Source of the DNA: a virus
Taxonomy: Duplodnaviria; Caudoviricetes
Reading direction: 5' to 3' (one strand)
IMG/VR virus record: IMGVR_UViG_3300031994_000099
Location: 1,039-65,038 of that record
Length of the DNA stretch: 64,000 bases
Numbering within the stretch: the first letter of the stretch is position 1; every line of letters starts with the position of its first letter. This document shows, one piece after another, positions 26,021 to 34,001 of this stretch. The notes beneath the pieces were generated by a model. It was not told the DNA's origin. It saw only the letters and a list, made by a program, of their open reading frames with translations, and did not search any database. A program made the position numbers and the translations under genes.

Positions 26021-27111
26021 AGCAGTTTTCCTCTTTTGAGTTTGGGGCGGTTTGCCCCGTTGAGTTCCTTTTCTAGGTCTGTTATACTAAACACTTCGGG
26101 CCTTTGCCCGGATAGGATGGCACGGGCCTCATCTAGGTCCCCCACCCCATCCCAGGTCTGGGCAATAATGTCGTCAATGTCCCGGACCCCGGCCAGCCAT
26201 AGCCTCTTCCATTCCATCACTGTAAAGGTGGAGGGGTTGGGCACCGACATGCCGCAGCAAGTGTTTGCTGCCTGGATGTATTCCCGGCTGGTTAAAAAGT
26301 CGGGGCACCCCAGGGCCACCTCTTCTGCCTTGGCAATCTCAATAAGTTCCCGGTGGATAGGTCCCCAGGTCCCATCCTGGGTCCCCTTCCATATTGCCTC
26401 AATATCTACCCCGGCGGCGTTCATCGCCTTCAGGTTGTAGTCGTTGATATGCATAAAATATGTGTTGTAGGTGTGGACCCCCACGGACTTAACTGCCTGG
26501 AGGGCGGCCCGGAACTGGGCAGTGGTATGAAGGCCGGGGACAAAGGGCTCACCATTAAACGCAACCGGGACCCTAGCCCGCATAAGTTCAGCGGCGGCAT
26601 CCAATCGGACCTTCGGGTGGTCTGTGAGTTTACCCTCTAGGTGTTCCCAGTCCCATTCTAGGCCGGGGGACATCTCAATCATTACAGTGGCCTTGCCCCT
26701 AGAGTCCTTGAGCATATCCAGGTCCCGGCCTACCAATAAAGACGGGAATTTTGTCTGGACTACATAGGACCAGTCAAGGGTATTAAACACTGAGAGTATC
26801 TGGCGGGACACCCCTGTGACCTTTTCAATAGGCTGGTAGGGGTCTGCCTTATTGCCAAAGCGGATTGTCTTTTTTGCCTTGATAGCCCTCCCCAGGGGAG
26901 TCTTGGGGGCCGGGTTCTTTAGGCCGTTTTCAAGTTCTTTTCGGATTGTTTCGGGGTTTGCTACCTTCTGGGCCATTCCCCAGGTGCGGTTCATCCTCCG
27001 TAAGTAGCACATAGGACACCCCACGCACTGCCAATAGGCATCTACCTGGAGTGATAGGGGGCACCAGTAGTGGTCCCCCCGCAAAGATACTGGTGACTTG
27101 AATTCATCCAT
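26017..27111 (-). CDS. Radical SAM enzyme A (SPL-like family, 364 aa)
   Basis: CVGCPMC (CX2CX2C variant), IRFGNKADPYQPIE, VQTK, RLDA...NGEPFVPG. Confidence 0.85.
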   Translation of the reverse strand: MDEFKSPVSLRGDHYWCPLSLQVDAYWQCVGCPMCYLRRMNRTWGMAQKVANPETIRKELENGLKNPAPKTPLGRAIKAKKTIRFGNKADPYQPIEKVTGVSRQILSVFNTLDWSYVVQTKFPSLLVGRDLDMLKDSRGKATVMIEMSPGLEWDWEHLEGKLTDHPKVRLDAAAELMRARVPVAFNGEPFVPGLHTTAQFRAALQAVKSVGVHTYNTYFMHINDYNLKAMNAAGVDIEAIWKGTQDGTWGPIHRELIEIAKAEEVALGCPDFLTSREYIQAANTCCGMSVPNPSTFTVMEWKRLWLAGVRDIDDIIAQTWDGVGDLDEARAILSGQRPEVFSITDLEKELNGANRPKLKRGKLL

Positions 27112-27118
27112 ATTCAGA

Positions 27119-27136
27119 TTATACCGGGGTTGCCGG
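27119..27136 (-). promoter_or_regulatory. CCGG-N7-GGTATAA promoter (rSAM pair)
   Basis: Exact motif 8 bp upstream of the ATG. Confidence 0.7.
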
Positions 27137-27138
27137 GG

Positions 27139-27969
27139 CTATTCCCCTATGTTCCACATGACTATTTCACCCACGAGGCTGTCCCGGTTCTCCATAATCC
27201 ACTTCCAGGCCTTGCGGTCATAGTAGGGGTTACAAGGGAACGACACCGGGGTGTCTACCCGGTCCGCATAGGCATAGCCCTCGTCAATTAGTTCTACACT
27301 AGAGTTGATAAAGTCCTGCGGGACCTCCTTGCTGGCCATATACCGCAGGACCTGCTCGTGGCTCCGGGAATAGCCCAAGTGGACAATTAGCCTAGTCTGC
27401 GGGCGGTTAAGCCGGGACAGCCCAAGGGCCACCCCGGATGCCAATGTAGCACTTGAGGCACTCACTACTACATTGACGGGCCCAATAATGTATTCTGGCC
27501 ATGTTTCTGTCAGTTCCTGGGCGGTTGCTTCCACGCTGGCGGTAAACTTTAGGCCGTTGGGGGCCATAGCCCCTCCGTGCTCCACGCAATCCTTCTTTGC
27601 GATGTTCCAGAGAACCGCAGACATGAGGTTGCCCCGGAGCGGGACCAGCGTGGCCCCAAGTTCCTGGGCGTGGGCCTGTGACTCCCGGAGGTCCCCCGGC
27701 TTGTCATCCTTGAATACTGGGTAATAGACCCGGACCGGGAACCCATAATCAGGGGCAAGGTAGGACACCCCCCACCCGGCCTTGGAGTGACGGGTATCAA
27801 GGACCCCAACGCAGGTCGGGGGAATGAGTTGGGCCCGGAGTCCCTTCAGCCAGGATGTTAGGCCCCGGACCTTGCTGAAAGAGGGTCCGGGCGGCGGGCA
27901 GGATAGGTCCTCACGCTTGACCCAGATGCCCAGGTGCCGCTGCCAGGGGGTATGCGTTGAAATTTTCAT
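27139..27969 (-). CDS. Fold-type II PLP-dependent enzyme (ACC deaminase / D-cysteine desulfhydrase-like)
   Basis: IWVKREDL...SKVRG (Schiff-base Lys), VVSASSATLASG phosphate loop, NPYYDRKAW, MWNIG. Confidence 0.8.
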   Translation of the reverse strand: MKISTHTPWQRHLGIWVKREDLSCPPPGPSFSKVRGLTSWLKGLRAQLIPPTCVGVLDTRHSKAGWGVSYLAPDYGFPVRVYYPVFKDDKPGDLRESQAHAQELGATLVPLRGNLMSAVLWNIAKKDCVEHGGAMAPNGLKFTASVEATAQELTETWPEYIIGPVNVVVSASSATLASGVALGLSRLNRPQTRLIVHLGYSRSHEQVLRYMASKEVPQDFINSSVELIDEGYAYADRVDTPVSFPCNPYYDRKAWKWIMENRDSLVGEIVMWNIGE

Positions 27970-29414
27970 CGGCTCCCCCTCCTGCCCCGTCTGGGCGGCG
28001 GGTTGTCCTCATATTCCTCATCGTCCATATTCACTGCCACCTCGTGGAGCATCCGGGCCTCTAGGAACGGGCGGCCAATAGCCAGGCAGGAGGTGCAGAC
28101 AACCTGCTCCATGACGGCGGCCCCCTCACGCTGGGTCTTACAACTCACTCTGTAAATTCCCCGCTCCTTTTCCTCTTCAGTCTGGTTAAGGACTATCAAC
28201 TTGGTCACATGGCCTAACTTGCGGATGTCTTCGGATAGGTCGGCATCACCTGCGTCACGGGTCCCGCCCACTGTCTGGCGGCCCGTATGCGATGCCGTAA
28301 TGATAGCACCCTTGCGTTCAGATGCCAGGCCCCTCAACGCCATCCAGGTCGCATTAAGGCGGTGGCGTTCATCTAGGTTGTTCCTGCCGTGGTCCATATT
28401 ATCTGCAGCGTCAAGCACGATAACATCCGGGACAAACTTGTCATACACCTCCATAGACTTTAGTTCAGCCCGGAGTCCGGCAACGCTCAGGGAGTTCGTT
28501 GGCCAGGTCCTTATTTCCAGGCGGCCTCCCCGGTTATACATGGCGAGGCGGTCCTGGACAGCCTTAATGCCTGCCGGGGTGCTATCTACACGGGTGGTCT
28601 GAAATTCCCTATCCTCAAGGGCCCACTGGTCTGGCCCGGCCTCTACAAATTGAGGGCACGGGGCCTTTTCCCCATATCGGGAACAACCTGAAAGATACTG
28701 CCAAAAACGGCGTATCACCTGCGGCTCCGACATTTCCAGCGAACAGAAAAGGACCTGCTTGCCTTGAAGATAGGCGGTGATGGCAGTAGCCATAAGCCAC
28801 CATGACTTGCCCCTTTTCGGAGGGGCAGCAAAGGCAACAAAGTCTTCACGGATAAACGGCCCAATGACCCGGCCCAGGACCTTCGGGAACTTAAACAACT
28901 CCTCATCCTCGTCATTAAAGGCCCTGAACACCGCATTGGAGTCCGTGGCGATATTTACGGCATGGGCGTTCCTAACAGTGGGCTGGACAAACTCAGCAAT
29001 AAGCCGCTCCGCATGCGAGGTATCATTGGATTTCACGGCCCGCTCTAGGTCCTCAGTGAGCATCTTCACGGCCCGCTGCTTGAAATAGCCCATAGCCATA
29101 TCCACGGCAAGGGCGTTGTTGGTCGGGGTCCACTCGTCACTCATGGTGGACAAAAAGTCATAGACCAGTTCGGCATCTGCCTGCTGGAGTTCCCCCGCCC
29201 TCTGTCGGTAAATATCACTGATGGCTTTTCCGGGGGCCTCCCCACGGCGGTCAAAATACTCCCAGACCCAGGAGGCCACTGCCCGGCTGGGCCCGGACTC
29301 AAACAATTTAGGGTCCCCGGCGGTCCGGCAACGGGCCAGTAGTTCGGTGGACATAATCAGGTTAGACAACACCCGGCGTTCAATAGATAGGTCAATTGGT
29401 TCTTTGGTAAGCAT
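27966..29414 (-). CDS. dnaB: DnaB-like replicative helicase
   Basis: Walker A APPKRGKS, SLEM, IVLDAAD, TASH, LSEDIRKLGHV. Confidence 0.85.
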   Translation of the reverse strand: MLTKEPIDLSIERRVLSNLIMSTELLARCRTAGDPKLFESGPSRAVASWVWEYFDRRGEAPGKAISDIYRQRAGELQQADAELVYDFLSTMSDEWTPTNNALAVDMAMGYFKQRAVKMLTEDLERAVKSNDTSHAERLIAEFVQPTVRNAHAVNIATDSNAVFRAFNDEDEELFKFPKVLGRVIGPFIREDFVAFAAPPKRGKSWWLMATAITAYLQGKQVLFCSLEMSEPQVIRRFWQYLSGCSRYGEKAPCPQFVEAGPDQWALEDREFQTTRVDSTPAGIKAVQDRLAMYNRGGRLEIRTWPTNSLSVAGLRAELKSMEVYDKFVPDVIVLDAADNMDHGRNNLDERHRLNATWMALRGLASERKGAIITASHTGRQTVGGTRDAGDADLSEDIRKLGHVTKLIVLNQTEEEKERGIYRVSCKTQREGAAVMEQVVCTSCLAIGRPFLEARMLHEVAVNMDDEEYEDNPPPRRGRRGSR

Positions 29415-29442
29415 GATGGGTTATACCTTAAACAATAGGGGT

Positions 29443-31353
29443 TCACCTGCCCCGGCGGGCTAGGATTTCAGTGAGTAGGTCCATATCAACCGGGGCCTTG
29501 CCGTCCATTACCCCGTCCAACATTTTAGCACGCTGGTCCAGGACCTCTATTGCGTCCATATCAATCGTGCCCTTGGCCACGAGGTAGTAGGAATTGACCG
29601 GGACTCCCTGGCCACCTCTATGAAGGCGGTCCTCAGCCTGGCGGTGGTCATTAGGGGTATGGCTAAATTCAAGGAACACGCAGTGGCTGCATACCTTCTG
29701 GAACCCGTCAATGCCCACGCCCCCGGCCTGGATATTAGCGACCATTACCCGGCACTTTTCATCATTGACAAATTTCTGAACGGCCTTGTCCCGGTCCCCA
29801 GTAGACATTCCCCCGTATAACTTGGCGGCGTGATATTCCTTCATCTCAGCCGTCACGAGGTCCACCACATCCCGGTGCCAGGCGAAAATAAGCAACTTGT
29901 TGTCGGTGTCCTCCAAAAAATTCCTTATCCACTCCATGGCGGGTTTTTCCTTCACGGAGTAGGCTGACCGCAGGAGGCCCGCAATGCGTTCCCTCAGTTC
30001 AGCCTTTGTAGCATTGTCCTGGCTAAAGGCCTCATGTTCAGCGGCCTGATACTCTGCCAGTGCCTTCTGGTCGGGTTCTAGGGGTATCACATCCACTGTC
30101 TTGGGCGGGAGGTCCTTCATGACCTGGGCCTTGGTTCGCCTCACCATTACATCTACCAGGAGGCGGTGGAGTTCCTGGATGTGGGAGGCACCATTGTAGG
30201 TCATCCCAAACCCATTAGACTTCGGGCCGCAATAGCGGTTGAGGTAGTGGTAATAGTTGGGGAATTTATCAGGCGAGAGGATATTGAGCAGCGGCCAGAA
30301 CTGGGCGGGCTTGGACCGGGCGGGCGTTCCGCTCATCCCAATCAGTCCTGGGATGACCTTGGACAATGCCCTAAAGGCCTTGGACCTCTTGGAGGTCGGG
30401 TTGCCTATGGCCTGGCACTCATCGCCAATAAGCAGCTGGAACCCAAACTTGGCCAGCGGCCCATCAGTAATAAAGGCCCCGTTGCCAGCAATATGCCCGG
30501 CCCAGTCTGCTAGAATATCCCAGTTGATAATGTAACTCACGCCCGGCTCCATCGGAAATGGCTTGCGGCCAGACAGCACCCCAATCCGCTTAAACATAGG
30601 GCTGACTGCGTGGACTTTTCCCAGCCAGTCCTTAAAGGCACGGGCCCACTGCAGTTTAGTCGGGGCGTTCACTACAATCAACGCCGGGAATGCCCCAGAG
30701 TAGGCAAGCCACGCAAGGGCCTGCACTGTTTTTCCCGTCCCCATATCATCGCCAAGTGCGGCCCGGCCCTTGCGGAGGGACATGAAACGGACAAAATCAA
30801 CCTGATAGGGGTAAAGGCCTGGGATGAGCGGGCGGCATTCCTCTAGCCTCACGGCCTTAATCTTTTTTGCCTGCTCTTCAGTCGGGTCCGGGGGCGGCGG
30901 CAGAGGGGCTGCCGGGGCCGTTTCAACTTGCTCCGGGGGAATAGTCCACCCGGATGCTATCAGCCACGCTACATAGGCGGGCTTGTCCGGGACATCCCAG
31001 AGTTTAGTTGCCGGGTTAAACGAGCGGGCCGGGAGGGTCCTGACCCTCTCAAGCACTACCCTCCACTGGTCCTTGTCCCTGCTAGCCCACGAGAGGATGA
31101 GGCGGCCCTTGTCGTCACCCTGGCCCCTTGCACAGGTGTAGGTCACGCCCTTTACCGGGCCAAGCGGGGCTGGGAGTCCCGTGGGGCTTAACAACTTACT
31201 AGACTGGATGGCAGCCTGAACCCTTTTGTCCGGCATCGGGACCGGGGCCAGGGGCTGGTAGCGGGGGCCACTAGTCAATGGGGTTTTATATAAATTAACT
31301 TTTCCGGATGGGCCGTTGGTGGGTTCGCTTGGCGGTGGCGGATAATTACTCAC
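29443..31353 (-). CDS. SNF2-family helicase with HARP-like N-terminus
   Basis: LYPYQ, GDDMGTGKT, DECQ, SGTP, RRTK, QAEDRLHRGGQ. Confidence 0.9.
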   Translation of the reverse strand: MSNYPPPPSEPTNGPSGKVNLYKTPLTSGPRYQPLAPVPMPDKRVQAAIQSSKLLSPTGLPAPLGPVKGVTYTCARGQGDDKGRLILSWASRDKDQWRVVLERVRTLPARSFNPATKLWDVPDKPAYVAWLIASGWTIPPEQVETAPAAPLPPPPDPTEEQAKKIKAVRLEECRPLIPGLYPYQVDFVRFMSLRKGRAALGDDMGTGKTVQALAWLAYSGAFPALIVVNAPTKLQWARAFKDWLGKVHAVSPMFKRIGVLSGRKPFPMEPGVSYIINWDILADWAGHIAGNGAFITDGPLAKFGFQLLIGDECQAIGNPTSKRSKAFRALSKVIPGLIGMSGTPARSKPAQFWPLLNILSPDKFPNYYHYLNRYCGPKSNGFGMTYNGASHIQELHRLLVDVMVRRTKAQVMKDLPPKTVDVIPLEPDQKALAEYQAAEHEAFSQDNATKAELRERIAGLLRSAYSVKEKPAMEWIRNFLEDTDNKLLIFAWHRDVVDLVTAEMKEYHAAKLYGGMSTGDRDKAVQKFVNDEKCRVMVANIQAGGVGIDGFQKVCSHCVFLEFSHTPNDHRQAEDRLHRGGQGVPVNSYYLVAKGTIDMDAIEVLDQRAKMLDGVMDGKAPVDMDLLTEILARRGR

Positions 31354-32315
31354 TTGAAAAACCTCCTGGGAACAGATACGCCCCGCTCACGGGACAGCCA
31401 CCCCATAAAGTCCACCCAGGCCGGGGAGGTCGGGCAGATAAATCCAAAGGGGACAAAGCCCCCTGCCTTTGCGTAATCTAGGATGCGCAAGAAAAAGGCT
31501 GACCCGGAACCGAACACCAGCCGGGCCTCCGGGCAAATTCCTACTAGGTCCGCACCCCTAGCAAGCCACCACTGGTAGGCCTCACGGGCACCCTTCCAGA
31601 ACATTAGTTCCTGGGCCTGGCCCCAGCGGGCTGGCTGCTTGCCCATAGCCTCGCAAAGAATATCGGAGGCGACATTGCAGACCTTATGGGGCACCTGCTC
31701 CTTTAGTGCGGCTATCTGTTCACGGGGAGGCAACGCCCGGTCCTGCCTCCATAGGATGGCTACAAATGGGCTGTATGCCCCAGAGTTAGGGGGAGTGGTC
31801 ACAATGAAGTCCACCAGGGACACCTTCTGACGCCTCCCGGCCTTCATAGGTGGGTAGGGGTAGCCCTCCGGGACAAGGGCCTCAAGGCGGCCAAGGGCCG
31901 TGTCTAGGCAGTCAATAAGTTGGTCCAGGTCTGACGGGACCCTGGGCATGATAAATTCCCCGGAGGGGCTGTTGGACTTGACCCAGGCGGCTCCCCACTG
32001 GTAGGCTGCCTGGAATGTCCCCAGGAGCAGCTGCGAGAGAACCAGCTGGAGGCGGCTGCCTACCTTTGACAGGTTGTCCGGGTCCAGTTTTGTCTGGGAT
32101 ATAAGGGCCTTGTGTCGGGACATCAGGTCAGAGAGTCCCCGGAACTGGTCTGCCGTAAACTTGAAGGCTTCGTGCCTCCCAGCGGGAATTATCCTGCCCT
32201 TAATGCGGACTGGGTGGACCTTCGGCAATACCTGGACCTTTACCACAAAGGCCTCCGGGCGGTCCATCCCAGCCGGGACAAATGCCTCATTAGGGTCTAG
32301 CACTTCGGCAGTCAC
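31350..32315 (-). CDS. Hypothetical protein (321 aa)
   Basis: ORF track; coupled to its neighbours. Confidence 0.65.
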   Translation of the reverse strand: MTAEVLDPNEAFVPAGMDRPEAFVVKVQVLPKVHPVRIKGRIIPAGRHEAFKFTADQFRGLSDLMSRHKALISQTKLDPDNLSKVGSRLQLVLSQLLLGTFQAAYQWGAAWVKSNSPSGEFIMPRVPSDLDQLIDCLDTALGRLEALVPEGYPYPPMKAGRRQKVSLVDFIVTTPPNSGAYSPFVAILWRQDRALPPREQIAALKEQVPHKVCNVASDILCEAMGKQPARWGQAQELMFWKGAREAYQWWLARGADLVGICPEARLVFGSGSAFFLRILDYAKAGGFVPFGFICPTSPAWVDFMGWLSRERGVSVPRRFFK

Positions 32316-32710
32316 TTGGCCCCTGCCTTGTTCGGGTGCTTACTTATCCAGCGGGCAATAAAGGCCCGGCACCCTTCTATGGTGTCCGGGTAGGCCTCTA
32401 AAAATTCTGCCCTCATCTGCGATGCCGTTACATTCTCAACCCGGACCAGGCGGGCCTTCATGGGCTCTAGGTTCTTGCCCCTATACTCAGGCCTAAACCA
32501 TTGGACACTGGGGGAATAGCCCCGGCCCGTCATCTCAAGCAGGACCTGGGAATGATACCACACCAGGGTAGGCTGGGGGAGGTTCCACAGCCACTGGAGG
32601 CGGCGGCCCTTGCCCCATGACTTGCCCCTAAAGCGGCAGCAGTCCCTATGGAGGGCACACAGCATCCGGGGAGGGAGGGTTGAAAGTAGTTCTGGGTGAA
32701 TTATACGCAT
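32312..32710 (-). CDS. Pyrimidine-dimer DNA glycosylase / endonuclease V-like protein
   Basis: MRIIHPELLSTLPPRMLCALHRDCCRFRGKSWGK matches the MRLWH..L...LP...L...HRECC..RG..WG pattern. Confidence 0.7.
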   Translation of the reverse strand: MRIIHPELLSTLPPRMLCALHRDCCRFRGKSWGKGRRLQWLWNLPQPTLVWYHSQVLLEMTGRGYSPSVQWFRPEYRGKNLEPMKARLVRVENVTASQMRAEFLEAYPDTIEGCRAFIARWISKHPNKAGAK

Positions 32711-32738
32711 ACAAAGTCCTTGAAAAGGTCTTGCGGTA

Positions 32739-32756
32739 TTATACCCTGGGGGCCGG
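32739..32756 (-). promoter_or_regulatory. CCGG-N7-GGTATAA promoter (head of the replication operon)
   Basis: Exact motif. Confidence 0.7.
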
Positions 32757-32764
32757 GGGCCATC

Positions 32765-32819
32765 GTAAATAAAATTTTACTGAAACCGCCTAGAAAAGGC
32801 CCGGCGAAAAAAGTATAAT
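32765..32819 (+). promoter_or_regulatory. Divergent promoter: GTAAATAAAATTTTAC box plus CCGG-N7-AGTATAA
   Basis: Same 16-bp box as in the early cassettes and a one-mismatch copy of the promoter motif, pointing into the structured non-coding region. Confidence 0.6.
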
Positions 32820-32824
32820 TTACC

Positions 32825-33500
32825 TGGGCCCGGCAAAACGGGTTCAGCGGTCACGGGGTAACCAGCCCCCGGAGGCGGTCAGCCCGGAGGGTAAAAGCCG
32901 GGCGAACTGGGACAAGAGCAACCTGGTAATAGAGCCAGTAAGAGTCCCGCCACTAGCGGCGTCAGCGAACAAGGTTGAGTGGTGTATAGAGGTAGAGAAC
33001 AAGAGGCCTTGCAACCTCCTGGAGCCTATCTTCAAACAGAGTCCCGGCCCACAAAAGGTTGTGCCTATTCCATAGTAAGATATTTTGGCGGCGGGGCCTC
33101 CCCTCAAGCATTTTCGCAGGGCAGGTCCAGCAGTCTTGTGTTCGCCAGCCCTGGTCGCTATGGGTGGATATTCAGCCGGGACATTTCCCGCCATGACTTT
33201 TTAGTCGCAGTGTAGCGTGAGCAGACCCCTGACAGGATGACCTGGGGGTTGGGAGCAATCCCAGTAGCGTGTCGCCCGTGAAATCCGGGCTTGGTGATAG
33301 TCCATACTTTGATGGGGTATTTAGCCAAATTGCTCCCGTTTCCGGGGGCAGTTTGGCTCCTGAACCTCCATTTCCGGGGTAAGCCTTCGGCAAGGCATTA
33401 GGACCATAAAGGGTCTAGGCCTAGACCATGAATGCCTCATGAGGTATGGCGTGAGCCACGAGTCATAGGGCATAAGGCCTCAGTAAAAGGTTTAATTTAG
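32825..33500 (+). ncRNA. Large structured ncRNA candidate (~670 nt)
   Basis: No credible ORF; many hairpins, including GGGA-GCAA-TCCC (33251-62), a 16-bp stem with G-U pairs (33323-58), CAGACCCC/GGGGGTTG and GCCCG/CGGGC; upstream promoter. Confidence 0.6.
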
Positions 33501-33509
33501 GCCCATACT

Positions 33510-33737
33510 ATGTCAAAACCTCAATTTTTCGGCACACTAGATGGATACATCAGGGGTCACGGGCTGACCTTCGGACACCTCCATGTGGTCCGGGAGGCTC
33601 CCCACTACCCTCCCCCTCCAATAGGTCAGCAGCCGGGTCCCCCGGCGGCTCCGGGCCGTCACTCCACTCCCCGTGAGTGGTGGGAGGCCCAGGCAGAGTT
33701 CTACGGGTGCCCGGTCCCTCCCTATCCAGGGGACTAG
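33510..33737 (+). CDS. Possible small Pro-rich protein
   Basis: ORF track; followed by a terminator; no recognised domain. Confidence 0.35.
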   Translation: MSKPQFFGTLDGYIRGHGLTFGHLHVVREAPHYPPPPIGQQPGPPAAPGRHSTPREWWEAQAEFYGCPVPPYPGD

Positions 33738-33762
33738 CCACCCAAAAGCCCACTTTTAAGGC
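33738..33762 (+). repeat. 25-bp motif CCACCCAAAAGCCCACTTTTAAGGC (inverted copy at 61304-61328)
   Basis: 23/25 identity with the reverse complement of 61304-61328. Confidence 0.6.
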
Positions 33763-33801
33763 TGGATTGGGGTTGAGGGGTCCATCTATACACCCCCTAT
33801 C

Positions 33802-33836
33802 AGAAAAAGGTGGCCTAGCAGCCACCCTTCTTTTGT
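33802..33836. terminator. Bidirectional terminator at a convergence point
   Basis: AGAAAAAGGTGGC-CTAGCA-GCCACCCTTCTTTT. Confidence 0.65.
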
Positions 33837-34001
33837 TTACCATTTCCTTGAGATGTCCCAGGGCCTCCTGCCCCTGCGGGGTTCCTCCCGGTTCCGGGAG
33901 TCCGCAGCAGCCCTGATGGCCAGTTCCAGGTCCTCTATTGCGTCCCTTGCGGAGTAGTCCCAGCGGAGGGCGTTGCGGCACGGGGCCGCACCCCTAGACA
34001 T
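33837..34001 (-). CDS. Small hypothetical protein (54 aa; not in ORF track)
   Basis: Manual translation MSRGAAPCRNALRWDYSARDAIEDLELAIR...; TAATG overlap with the upstream stop. Confidence 0.5.
   Translation of the reverse strand: MSRGAAPCRNALRWDYSARDAIEDLELAIRAAADSRNREEPRRGRRPWDISRKW

Noticed and set aside
21689-27969. Canonical hmU, 7-deazaguanine or dZ modification pathways
   Set aside because: No thymidylate-synthase-like hydroxymethylase, hmU kinase, aGPT-Pplase, DpdA/FolE/QueC or PurZ is recognisable in the window (they could lie outside it).
16-32361. Many long plus-strand ORFs in the left half (e.g. 4725-5495, 5404-6129, 21770-22774, 25133-26440) and minus-strand ORFs in the right half (e.g. 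43371-44192, 43984-45150, 47387-48460)
   Set aside because: Antisense shadows of real genes in a GC-rich genome; no RBS, no motifs, fully overlapping recognisable genes.
32844-33393. ORFs 32844-33194(-), 32979-33215(+) and 33172-33393(-) as protein genes; group I/II intron
   Set aside because: No RBS, atypical composition and mutual overlaps; no recognisable intron domain V or P7 and no interrupted host gene.
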